Below are positions 52,675 to 64,000 of a DNA stretch of 64,000 nt, piece after piece. A program made the translations under genes and the position numbers. This DNA is from Camelus dromedarius (lineage: Eukaryota): assembly GCF_036321535.1 (NCBI RefSeq), contig NC_087436.1:107448001-107512000 (forward strand), written 5' to 3'. How positions within the stretch are numbered: the stretch's first letter is position 1; every line of letters begins with the position of its first letter. Below the pieces are notes generated by a model. The model did no database searches and had not been told where the DNA came from. It saw nothing but the letters and a program-made list of their open reading frames with translations.

Positions 52675-54349
52675 TTCCCCACGTGGCACTGCTGGCCAGT
52701 TTTTGCCTCATATTTCTTCTTCATATTTACAACTGATGGTAATTACACTGCAGTGGGTAGAGAATATACCATTTCAGAAAGATATTTGGTCATCTAAAAA
52801 GGGTATTTAACTGTCACAAGGATACATTCCAATAATAGTCTGGCTGCAGCAGACAAACAAAAGAAGGATTCATGGTTCAGGAGTGTAAAATCATAGCACT
52901 TTAAAGCTGGTTCCAGTTCAGAGTCTCATTTAGAAAGATGAGATTTAATGACTTGCCGAAGGCCACTATTTCTAGTAAGTAGTAAACCAGAACAGGAGCC
53001 AATGCTGTCTAAAAAGGCTAGGGGGTTATTTGAGACACTATTGCTGTTTCTATCTGGGTCCTAGGTAATGACCAAGCATGCATTCTAGCACATGCTGTGT
53101 AATGACTAAAAATATAAACTACAGCTGTCACAATTAATAGATTAACATTAAATGATGCAAAAATAAACAGAGAATGTCTGTTTATTAACCGGGTTTATAG
53201 AGGTGTCACTGAGACATTTCAAGTGCTAAAAATTGCTGTTCTTTCCTGTTGTCAGTTTAATCATGACATTATACATTTCCACTTGATTCTAGAAGACTGA
53301 ACATTAGTCACTCTTCTCAATACTCAGCAGCTAATACATATGAAGAACTATACTGGATGTTTGGAACATAAAAATGAGTAAGATTTAAACTATGAGAATC
53401 AGCAAGTACTTTGGACTTTCTTCTCTGGGTCAGACACTGCTGTGGGCACTAGAAAACCATAATGACAGTGGCTTAAACCAGAGAATATTCATAGTCAATA
53501 AAAATAAGTCCAGAGGCTTGATTGGCAGTTCAAGTATGACCTCAGGGACACAAATGGTTTTTGTCTTTCCATTTCCTCCTTTTATTTTGGAATTTCCCTT
53601 TAGGCTTTTTGCCTTGATGTCTCCAAATACCTGCTTCAGCCCCAGGTATCATGTCCTCACAATACCATTTCCAAAGCAAGAAGGATGAGGGTGGTGAGAG
53701 AAATCTTTTAAGTCTCCTTTTATCACACACAAAAAATTTCTATCCCAAAGCTTCTAACGTCCACCATATTGGACAGCAGCCTTTGATTGTTTTTGGCTAG
53801 AACCAGATTGTGACCACCGGCAGTTGCCAGAGATGCTGGCTTCTAAGGGAGAAAAAATTGGGGGATGGCTCTCTGGCAGCAACTAAGTGTCTGCCAAAAA
53901 AAACCCCAAAAAACTGCTTAAAGTGTCATACAACTGTTACTGTAATGGGGGAGGCTAACAACATGAAACTATAAACAAATTTAAAAATGGTAGCCATCTT
54001 CAGGTTTGGACAAGACATGTTATGTCAGTCAGTCTAGATGACAGTTCTAGATTCTAGAGTAATATAATAGGGAGTGACTGAAGGTGGAAGGGAGTAATTT
54101 AAGATTAAATTAGGGGAAATTAGGAGCTCATAGTCTGGTAGAGAGGGAAGAAGACAGGCATTGAAAATAAACTTAATAAATAGGATGTTATATATGTATA
54201 TACATCCACATGTTTATTACATATATATTTAAGCTTAAACATATTTAATACAGTGTCTATATGAGGAGGAAAAACAAAGCATCTTTGAGTGTTCCTCTGG
54301 TGTCTCCTACAAGCCTTACGTAACAGCAAGACAGAATTCGCAGAATAGA

Positions 54350-54860
54350 AGCCTTGGAATGTGGTCCATCTACCATCCTTAAAGCAACAGTTGATGCAAT
54401 ACAGCTTTACAGGACTATGTGTACAGGAATATGGTTAATGAGTGGTTTCTCAAACAGTTCCTATAGGATGTTCTAAAGTGTGATACTCACAAACACAGTG
54501 AGAACTTGGAAAGGACTTATTAAGACCTATAACTTCAAATGATGTTCTTGATGCCTGAGGGGGGATCAGCAGTGGATAGACCTGTCTGACAAGAGGCTGT
54601 CAGGCTGGGGTAGCTTAATTAAAGTGAAGCTTTTGGTGTGACTGAAGGTAAACGATGTTAAGTTTCAGACAATATCATCCTCAGAGATCTTTGTTAAGTG
54701 GGGAAAGGACCACTTGCTGTGTCCTTATGAGCCCATGCCGGTACGGAATGATGATAACTCAAGGTTGTCTGCATGCCAAGGACTACAGGGTTGAAAGATA
54801 CACTTTCCCAAGCCCTTTCCACCTTAATATACCGTATTACTATTTTGTGATCTGTAATGA
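54350..54860 (+). mobile_element. Fossil Gypsy integrase core
   Basis: KPWNVVHL; FRQYHPQRSLLSGERTT (YHPQxNGxxER); FPSPFHL (SPFxL). Confidence 0.55.
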
Positions 54861-55384
54861 TTCTTATTTTCAAAGATAGAATGAGTGATTTCTGTGCAAG
54901 AATGGCTGAAATTATCCATGTAATAAAACACTTCCTCCATATTTATTCTTGGATTCATTGTACTACTTGTCTCTTTGATGATTGTGTACTTCATAAAATG
55001 TTCTCAACTACAGTGAAGTAAAAAGAGGTTACATAATCAAGCTGATATTAGTACTTGTGGTAAACAAATTTCAAAGTAGACATGCATATTCATTTCAACT
55101 ATAGGCTGAAACAAGGTATGTGAAAATATTCAGATTCTGAGTTCACATTACAGTTTGTAGCTATGAAAATAGTCATATGGCTAATAAACTATTTTGCTCT
55201 AGTAAGAAGTTTTTATCTTTATAAAGAAAACATGATGATGATGATGATGATTTTGTTAGGGAATAAGAATTCTTTAAAGAAATTCAAGAGAAATATGATC
55301 AGTTTCATCCACTTAAGCTCATTTATAAAGCTATTTAATGGTGATGATAATTCATCTACTTTTTCTATCCATCAGTGTCAAGAA

Positions 55385-55541
55385 CTGCACTGTTCAGTGG
55401 GGTAGCCACTAGGCACCTTGGACTAAGTTTGAATTTAAATTAATTAAAATTAAATAAAATGAGAAAGTATCTTCTAACCTCACACTAGCTACATGTCAAG
55501 TATCAAAGAGCCCTCTGTGGCCACCATACTGGATAGCGCAG
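55385..55541. mobile_element. MER3/MER33-type hAT element
   Basis: gcactgttcagtggggtagccactag...aattaaaattaaataaaat...gccaccatactggatagcgcag. Confidence 0.72.
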
Positions 55542-57080
55542 ATCCAGAACATTTCTATCACAGAATGTACTATGCACATGCCTGGATTCACATAGTTCAA
55601 TTTCAAAAAATGTTGGTCATATGAAGTGCTACTCAATTTAACGTAATAGTGTATGTTAAGGACAGGAAATTTATTTACTACTGAGACAGTTCTAGTCATA
55701 TAAAGAGGATCCTAGGAATTGGTCCCTAAGATAGACTCTGTAGGGGCCCTAGGCAGTAATGACCTTAGACTTAGGCAAGAAAAACCCTATCCTGGCTCTG
55801 CATTTTAGAGGGCACCATCCTAGCTCTCCTCCCCAAGGGCCAAGGGATGTGTCCCCAAGAGCTTGCATCCCCTTTGTACTTCTAGACCTTGGCTAAGGAG
55901 CCCAGGACCCTGGAATTCGCTGATTGAAAATTCCCAAGGCTAATTCCAGGGCCTGAGCAGGCCTCTTCCCAGAGCTGTCCTCCCAAGGGAGGACCAAACC
56001 ACCCGTGTGTACACTCCTAAGACTGAGGGGCTGCCAAGGCGTGGCTGTTTCAGGGTGTGCACGGAGCTTGGTTGAGTGTGTCCAACCAAGGGGCTGGGGT
56101 GTCCACACATGAGCAGGAAACCCCCCTTGTTCATGAATGGAGCTGGCACTAGAAGCAAAAGTGATGAAAGTGTGGACACCAAGGGCTGGGGTCTGCCTCT
56201 TCCCTCCCTGCCATGTATGGGGTGGAACTCCAAGGTATCGGAGAGCTCTGTCCACAAACCTGGTGTTCTATTTCTCAAGGTGGGAGCATAGAATAGATTT
56301 TATTTGAAAGTTTGATATATTCCTTGTAAATATTTAAACATTGGGTATGTGAGCCCTGGTCTTGCAAATGTTATGTTGGGGCTGGCAGCCTTACATAGAA
56401 TAATACATTCACCTGGGGTTTCTTGGCTGGTTTGCTCACGATTGCTCTAACTGGTTACATCTGGGGTATCTTTGGACCCCAGAGGGAAATTTCTTTCTCC
56501 AAAGCCTGCCGGTCCATCCAAGCCCCGTGCATCTTTTGCAGAGATCATAGCTGGAGTCGCTGAAGGCCAGAAACAGCTATGGAGAGTCCTCTCTCCTGGA
56601 GAGGAACCTGTCCCTAGTTCTGCTGTATTAGGGACAAATCAGAGAACGGTGTGCCAAGAGGAGGCGCGATAACCCAGCCGGGGAGAGAGGTGGGAAAGAG
56701 GGCGCGTCCTCTCAAGGTAGCTGGTCCGGGGCATTCTGCCTCTCCTTTCCTTTCTCCGAGGAAATTCAGCCCTGCTCTTCTCCCGCACTCCAAGCCCGGG
56801 GCCAGGGCTCTTAGGGCGGCTCTCAGGGGCGCATAGTACGGCTTTGTCTGGAGGGCGGTTGGCGTGCGGGATAGTGGCCACCGTGGCTGGAGTTTGGACT
56901 AGAACTTTCTTCCGCCCTCCGCACGAGTTACCGTACCCCCGCGGTCCCCACAACTCCTGCCCGGAGGCGGGGCGCGCAAGGGGTCGGGGGTCGGGCCCCT
57001 GGGCTGGCGGGCGGCGCAGGGCCGGGAGCGCGCGCCTCTTTCCCGGAGCCACGGGCAGCGAGGGGAGAGGAGACGCCGAG

Positions 57081-57113
57081 GTGGAGGAGGAGGAGGAGGA
57101 GGAGGAGGAGGAG
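57081..57113. repeat. (GAG)n purine tract in the ADGRA3 CpG island
   Basis: Direct reading. Confidence 0.9.
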
Positions 57114-57316
57114 GGGAAGGGAAGGGAAGGGGCGGGGGCGGGCGGCAGCGGCGGGCTGGGAGGAACCGCCGCGGGCAGTGGCCGGGGGAGGCGGCGGCGG
57201 CGACGGAGGAGGAGGAGGCGGTGCTCCCGCCTGTCCGTAGACCGGCGCTGGGACCTGCGCGGCCGTGACCCCGCGACTCCCCGGTGGCCGAGCGCAGCCA
57301 CAGCGGACAAAGGAGC

Positions 57317-57421
57317 ATGTCGGCGCCGAAGAGGGCGCGTCCTCTGGCCGCCATGAGGCTCCGGGCGCCGCCGGGCCCGCACCGCGCTCCCGTCCGCCCG
57401 GGCGCCGGGGCGGCCCGCTAG
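57317..57421 (+). promoter_or_regulatory. Upstream ORF (34 aa) in the presumed ADGRA3 5' UTR
   Basis: ATG 57317 and in-frame gccgccATG 57353; MSAPKRARPLAAMRLRAPPGPHRAPVRPGAGAAR then TAG at 57419-57421; out of frame with the main ATG and ending 41 nt before it. Confidence 0.65.
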
Positions 57422-57462
57422 GCCAGCGCTCCGCCCTCGGCCCGCAGGCCCCGGCCCGCAGC

Positions 57463-57713
57463 ATGGAGCCGCCCGGGCGCCCGCGGGGCCGCGCGCCGCC
57501 GCCTCTGCTGCTGCCGCTGGCGCTACTGGCGCTGCTCGCGCTGCTGGGAGGAGGCGGCGGGGCCGCGGCGCTGCCCCCGGGCTGCAAGCACGACGGGCGG
57601 CCCCGAGGGGCCGGCAGGGCGGCGGGCACCGCCGAGGGCAAGGTGGTGTGCAGCAGCTTGGAGCTCGCGCAGGTCCTGCCCCCGGACACGCTGCCCAACC
57701 GCACGGTCACCCT
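57463..57713 (+). CDS. ADGRA3: Adhesion GPCR A3 (GPR125), coding exon 1 (signal peptide and LRR N-cap); the gene continues beyond the window
   Basis: ATG at 57463 in good context (gcagcATGG). Translates MEPPGRPRGRAPPPLLLPLALLALLALLGGGGGAAALPPGCKHDGRPRGAGRAAGTAEGKVVCSSLELAQVLPPDTLPNRTVT(L), matching the recalled ADGRA3 N-terminus. Phase-2 donor CT|GTGAGT at 57713/57714. Confidence 0.96.
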
Positions 57714-59731
57714 GTGAGTAGCACGCGGGGCGCCACTCTGCCCTCGCGCCCGGTCCCCCTTCCTCCCTCCTGGCGCTTTCCCGTCGCGCCGCTTCTCCCT
57801 GTGCGCCGCTTGGAAGAGGGTCCCGCCGGCATCCCCGCGCCTTTGTGGGAAGGAAGCTGCAGGCGGGGGATGGTGGTGGGGGAAGACCCGGTGGGCTCGG
57901 CCTGGGCGCACTTCTGGGGCGGGCCAGCGAGTGTGCCCTCGAGCCCCCTCCCAGCTCCGCCAGTTTGCAAAGTAAAAGTTTTAGGGTTTCCTGGTGCGGT
58001 CCCGGCGCAGCGTTGCGGTCGCAGCGCGGTGCCACGTGAGGATGCAAATAAACATGCTCTCGACGGAGTTAAAGCTCATTCATCCCGTGCTTGGGCGTCC
58101 AGAAACAGTGCTCTGCTAGAAGCACCGGTGCTTCAGCTTCGTGCACGTTAAGTTACTTAGGCGCTAGTTTGCAGAATACTACACGAGGACCTTGAACGGC
58201 CCTGTGTGGGATCCCCGATTCCCCAAGGCTGTTTCCTTTGCTTTTGCACTCTTAGTTGTATGACAGTTATAGAGCACCTTTTAAAATCGAGTTATTTTTA
58301 AGGGGCAGAAATACATTTGAGACGAAGTCGTGCACCTCCTAGCCCTGTGTTCTTGTGTGTGAGCGCTCGTCTTTAAAACTCGGGAACCTCGGAATTGGAA
58401 ACTGGGAGTTTGTTGAGCCGTCCAACTCAAGGGACTTAATTTGCGGATTGAGTTTCCACCTGGAAGAAAAAGTTTTTGGTCTTCTAACTCTGCTACGATT
58501 CACCGTCCAGTTTTGCAAGCGTGGTTCTGCCAACTGTAGCTAAATCTTTGGCCCCAGTGACTCTTGATTTTATTCTCTGAAAGATGAATTGGTTTGGAAA
58601 AGTTTGAGAGTGTTTCTAGTGGATATTTTGTCGATCTGAAATATGAGCCCCTCGGCGCCGTGTTCCTCTGTGATGTTTTGGTTGGTTTCCTAAAAAAGAA
58701 TCAAGGCTGCCGCTATGAAAACATGAAAGTCAGGGGGGCAGCATGACCCGTGAAAAAACTTAAAATATGGTTTTTAATTTAACCCTAATTAAGCAGGACT
58801 TAATGGTAAATAAGTATACATTTAATTACTAACACCTTTGTTCTTTATTTCCATTTGTTTGAATTAGGAAAGGTTTGACACAGGAAAATTATGTGTTTCT
58901 GTTTATGGAGGCCTGAAAATGGTAAAAGAGTTTTTGTTTCCTTTGACTCCTTTACCAGCACTTGACCATTTGGTAGTGGCAGCAGCTGTATTTATTTCTT
59001 AGCCAGGTTCTTTGAAGTGGAAATTTTGGGTATGGGACCTTAATTACAGCCTGGAGTCAAGTGGAGACAACCTTTGTGTTGGCAATATCCCTTGTAACTC
59101 TGAAGAAATTAGTCATCATACATTTGAGTTCTGGACCAGTGGCGGTTCAGCTGATTCAAGTTTAGGTCGAGTTTTTCTGAATTGTCAACAGTTCTAGCTG
59201 GATTAAACCAACTATTTGTAAATTGTTGATTTTATGGAGAGGGAAGAGTTGATATTGTAGAAAATTACTTTTCAGCATATTATCAAACTATCTCTGAATT
59301 TTCAAGAGCTATTTAAATTTTAAGTGCCTTTGAAATGTCATTTTAATCCAGTTTTTTTTTGCACCTAAAAGCTCTTTAGATAAAAGTAAAATTGATAAAA
59401 TTTATTTAGTAAAGGAGAAGAAATTATAATTTAAGAATCAAGTAAAGCTAATGTTCTAGATGAAGTGAGTTGAAGGATATCAGTCCTGTTGGAGGGTGTT
59501 CTGGGCCAGTTTCCTCATTTTGCTAGGGAATAAATCAGAGGGTCATGATGGATAAGAGATTTGCCCAAGTTCCCATAGTGAAGGCATGAGGAGGGCCCAT
59601 GTCTCAGATTCCTGCCCTGTGATTCAGATGCTTTCTCATCCTGAACCCTTGCTTTCATCTTCCGTCTTAGTTCAACCCAGTTTTTGTTGAGTGGTTCCGA
59701 GGTCGTAGGCAGCACGCTGAGGTTTGGACTG

Positions 59732-60156
59732 GGTATTAGTTTCCTAGGACTGTGGCAAATGACCACGAATCTGATGGCTTCAAGCAACAGATTTCTCTCA
59801 CAATTCTGGAGGCAAGAAGTCTGAAATCAAGGGTTTCAGCAGGGCCACGCTCCCTCTAAAGGCAGAATCCTTCCTTTTTTCTGCTTCTGACATTCTTGGC
59901 TTGTGGCAGCCCATCTCCAGTCTCCGCCTCTGTCTTCACATGGCCTTCCCTGTATGTGTTTCAAATACTCTCCTTTCTTGTAGAGGACACCAGTCATTGA
60001 GTTTAGGATCCACCCGAAGTCCAGGATGATCTCATCTAAAGATTTGTAATTTAGTTACATCTGCAAAGACACTCTTTCCAAACAAGGTCAGTTTCAGAGA
60101 TACTAGGGTTTAGAACTTGGACATACAGTTTGGGGAGACACTCAATTTTCACTACA
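59732..60156 (-). mobile_element. MLT1B/C-type MaLR LTR in ADGRA3 intron 1
   Basis: gtattagtttcctaggactgtg...acatctgcaaagacactctttccaaacaaggtca. Confidence 0.82.
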
Positions 60157-61369
60157 GAATATAGGTTAAAAACATGGTCTGTCTTCTCCAGGAACTAACA
60201 GGTATTTGGGGAGAAAGATTCGTGAATACATCTCAGAACAGTATGGTAAACGCTCAAGTATCAGAGGCACAAATAGCAACAGGAACCCAGAGGAGGGCAA
60301 CCACAGCCTCTTTGGGGGCATAGTTGGTGGCATCGAGGATCAGAGGAGGGTCCAGAGCCAATTTGAGAAGAATGAGAAAGATAATGGTAAAGAAAGTGGT
60401 GAAGAAGTCAGGGGATGGAAGCTGGGAGCCCCCAGCAAGCCCATGGGCATGAAGATGATTGCCTTGCGATGTAGTTAATGTGGCTGGAGAGTCAAGGGCA
60501 TGTGTCCAGTGCCTGGAGTGGGGACAGGGCTATGTGGGCAGGTCAAGGACAGTCAAGCTGTCTGGTGGTTTGAGTTTTAATTCTTTAGGTGTGGCCACGC
60601 GTTTTCTTTTCTTTTTTTTCTTTTTCCTTTTTCTTTAATAATGAAAAATAAGCCTCTTTGTACTTAGTAGATGAACTGGACTTCAATGTAGCTTAAAGCT
60701 TAGATCCTTCAACTATTTTAGTGAACAGCACGTATTTCCATAGCCATGTTTCTAGAGAGGTCTGGCAGAAACCCACAGCTTGACCACCCTTGGTCCTTGA
60801 ATCTCATGTAGCCTTTTGTATTAAAGGATTAAATTCCATTTATTATTTTTATGCACAAATATTGAACTGCATTTAATGTTTTCCTTGGAAATACATTTAC
60901 TCTATTCCTGTGTTTTACATGAAATGCTCAATATGAAGTTTTAAAAATTCTGAGGACATCAGTGGTAGAAAGTTTCACAGGTTTAGTCCTGCTTTTCCAG
61001 ATGTTAGTGTTTACCCCACGATGCTATATGGTGATTCCAGATAAAGGGGTTTTAAAAATGATTTTTTGATTTGTTAAGTAACTTTGGGACAAAGTCCAGA
61101 TTTTTCTCAGACTATTTAACAAACTAAAATATGTATGAGTTTTGGTTTTTACTTTATAAAATATTGCTGATAGCAGAGAACTGATAATTGGATATTACCA
61201 GCTCAGCGCCAAGTACACAAAAAGAAGTGCTTGTATGGTTCCGAAACCTAAACCTGGTTGGAGAGATTTGCACCAAAGCGAAGCAGACATCTAGGGAACA
61301 GTTACAGAATTCTGTAACTAAGTAATAAATCCTGTACTGCTGATTATTTAAATACTTTAGGAAGTCTGA

Positions 61370-62830
61370 AAAGAGCAGTGGGGCTGGGGGTGCATTGGAA
61401 GATTTTTAAATTTTCCTGAAGAAGTTAGGATTTGAGCATGGCCTGAGGGGAGGAAAAGATGGGGTTGAGTCGGGGGAGAGGGCATTCCAGAGTTACAGTG
61501 ATGGGTGGTGATAGACTGGCCCTACTGCAGTGGAGAGAGGGTTTTTGGAACCACTGGTCTGTCCACAGTATTTAAAGCATGGGTCTGGCCGAGGTCAGGG
61601 AGGGAAGAATATACCGATGGGAGGAGGAGGGGGCCAGACCGAAGCTCCCTGGAGCAGTGGCGGAGCCTGAGAAGAGGAAGCTTCTGGTGAGGTGGGGGCA
61701 GCAGCTGGGCAGTATCTGGTCGTCATAAAGCCAAGAGAAGTTCAGGTCTGAAGACAGGAGTGGGCGCCTCAGTTGAGAGATGCTGAGAATCAGGAACAGT
61801 AAGACCAAGCTGGACCTGACAGCCTGCCACTTCGGTACCCTCCAGGGACCAGAGGCCGCAGAAGGCAGGTTGGGGTGGATTGAGCAGGGAACAGGGTGAG
61901 GATGGTGGTAACAGCACCCTGATGAGGAGGAAGTTTGCTGTGAAGGGAAGAGACTATTAGTCACACCTGAATATGGTTGGGGATAGTTGGGGGGAGGGAG
62001 AAATGGATGCTAGAAGGCAAGATGGGATGGGAGCTGAAGCACCATGAGGGGGCTGGCTTTTGACAGAGCAGGGACATTCCATCCCCACGTGGTGACAGGA
62101 GGGAGCGTGGGCAGACAGGCAGACAGGTGGGGTGAAGATGGCCTTCCTGCCCCATGGCTTTTATTTTCTCAAAGACCTGGAGGCAGAGTGGGGGGGGGGG
62201 GTGCGTAGGTGGTGTGAAGGGCGAGGTAAAGAGGAGTGAAGTCCTTCTGAAAAGGGGGAGCGGTGAGTGACCATCCTGGGGATTGCGGAATGTCACCGGG
62301 GTGGAGTTGTGTCCATTTTTGCTTGTGATCAAATCCAAAGGGAGATGGTTGGCACAGTGATTTCTCTCCCGCCACTTTCAGTTTAGAGATGAGAACGGGT
62401 GGGATTAGCCAGTTGGCTTCATTGCCAGGTGAGCGCAACAGAGGGAGAGAAGGAGCAAGGTGATTTTAATGAATAGACTCGAAAGTTAGCCTGAATTCCT
62501 GTGGGTCAAGGATAAGGTTTTTATCTTTGAATTCAAGGTCTTCTTTTCCTCTGGAGCCGTATTTCCCAATACTCAGCACAACTTTTCTTCCCTACGCACG
62601 TCGATTGAGGCACTATTAATATTGTAAGCACAGTGCTGAGTGCTAAGGATTCAGAGATAAAGTCTTTCAGGTACCATGGAACTTGCAGTCCACCTTGGCA
62701 ATCAGTGCTAGGCTGACTCCCCCGTTTCTTGTGACTGCATCCCACCTCATGTTTGCTTACATTACTGCAGCTGTCATACTGTTTGGAATTATTTAATTGA
62801 TAGTCCTCACTCTCTTACCAGATTGTAAAT
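61370..62830. mobile_element. L2 remnants
   Basis: Purine-rich L2 antisense signature (gagatgctgagaatcaggaacag; ggggatagttgggggagggagaaatggatg) and L2 3' end near 62600-62830. Confidence 0.6.
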
Positions 62831-63512
62831 TTTTTTTTAAATTGAAGTATAGTTGATTTAGTTGGATATACAACACAGTAATTCAATATTTTTATAACTT
62901 TAAATGGAGTATAATCTATAACAAAAGAATGGCTATATTTCTCTGTGATGTGTCATATATCCTTGTTGCTTACTTATTTTTTACACAGTAGTTTGTATCT
63001 CCCAATCCCCTAACCTTATCTTGCCCATCTCCCCATTCCCTCTCCCTACCCATAGCCATTAGTTTGTTCTCTGTATCTGAGAGTCTCTTTTTGTTTTATT
63101 TACATTCCTTTGTTTTGTTTTTTATATCCACATATTAAGTGATGACCGAGTATTTTTCTCTGTCTGACATTTCTCTAAGCATAATACTTTGTAGGTCCAT
63201 CCACCTTATTGCAAAGGCAAAATTTCTTTTTTATGTCTGAGTAATATTCCATTGTAAATATGTACTACATTTTCTTTGTTCATTCATCTGTTGATGGGCA
63301 CTTAGGTTGCTTTCATATCTAGGCTATTGTAAATAGTGCTGCTATGAACATTGAGGTGTATGCATCTTTTTGAATTAGTGCTTTTGTTTTCTTCAGATAT
63401 ATTTTTGTTTTCTTCAGGTATATACCTAGCAGTGGAGTTTCTGGATCATATGGTAGTTCTATTTTTAGTTTTCTGAGGAACCTCCACACTGTTTTCCATA
63501 GTGGCTGCACCA
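62830..63512 (-). mobile_element. L1 3' end (artiodactyl-type), antisense in intron 1
   Basis: ORF 63319..63510 [22 protein letters not shown]...MFIAALFTIA; polyT at ~62829-62838. Confidence 0.92.
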
Positions 63513-64000
63513 GATTGTGAACTCTTGATGGTGATATTTATGTCTGTATCCTCAGTGTTTATCACATGAACACTCAGTAAATCTTTGTACAAAGAAGTCC
63601 CATTTTCCCCATTATTTTTTTTTCCCCTCAAGTAGGGCTAGGGGAAGAATCTTGCATTATTTTTAACATGGGATGGTGGCTGTATCATCGATAAGCTTTG
63701 AGAGCCTTCAAAGAAGAATATCCAGTCTACAAGGTGAAGGCCTAAATTCCCACTCTGCATTTGGTAGTGAAAAGTGTCTCTCTCTTTCCCAGATTAATTT
63801 GTTTTTTTTATTCCTCATTTCTTGATCCACTTCCCTCCTACTTCTTGAGAAACTGTCACTTATCTTTTCAGTGTTTTAAGTTTCTCCCCTAATTTGTGAT
63901 ATTTCTCCTTGGTGTATTTAGCCTCTGTTTAAAAATAAAAACAAAAACAAAAAAAACTCCCCTTCCCCAAACCACCCTGTAGCAGCAGCACTTGGGAGCA

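Larger units (their letters stand above)
56650..58200. promoter_or_regulatory. CpG island / promoter and 5' UTR of ADGRA3
   Basis: Very high GC and CpG density, GC boxes, (GAG)n and (GCG)n tracts surrounding exon 1. Confidence 0.93.

Noticed and set aside
52533..52724. Minus-strand ORF MKKKYEAK...VGNY resembling an integrase C-terminus
   Set aside because: Single weak motif that overlaps the better-supported plus-strand integrase reading.
57265..57462. In-frame N-terminal extension of ADGRA3 in the ORF track
   Set aside because: It starts at a GTG; the recognised protein and its signal peptide start at ATG 57463.
56639..58151. Long overlapping ORFs on both strands (up to 327 aa)
   Set aside because: By-product of the GC-rich CpG island with few stop codons; only the ADGRA3 frame is recognisable.
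1..64000. CRISPR array, rRNA or prokaryotic systems
   Set aside because: The sequence is mammalian; no regularly spaced repeats or rRNA similarity seen.

Overview
Mammalian genomic DNA, most likely a camelid (Vic-1-type tRNA-derived SINEs, artiodactyl-type L1 3' ends). The only intact host gene is the 5' end of ADGRA3 (GPR125): CpG island about 56.65-58.2 kb, coding exon 1 at 57463-57713 (+), preceded by a strong-context uORF. The ~55 kb upstream carries the usual L1/L2/MIR/MLT/MER/LTR repeats. The apparently unique DNA between those repeats repeatedly translates into very diverged LTR-retroelement pol fragments. By manual six-frame reading I find about 15-18 separate Ty3/Gypsy-type and ERV-type reverse transcriptase, RNase H and integrase remnants of several lineages, from clear (RIHVDFAG; LFSGWSQAFPC; WxGP...WIHxSH) to tentative. 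All of those left of ~37.3 kb are on the minus strand; all of those right of ~40 kb are on the plus strand. An orphan CpG-rich promoter-like element at 47.7-48.1 kb carries MYB, CRE and NRF1-like motifs. Working hypothesis (inference): an ancient retroelement archive locus, possibly a germline A-MYB-driven piRNA cluster, next to ADGRA3. All family calls come from motif recall, not database searches, and repeat boundaries are approximate unless a TSD is given.
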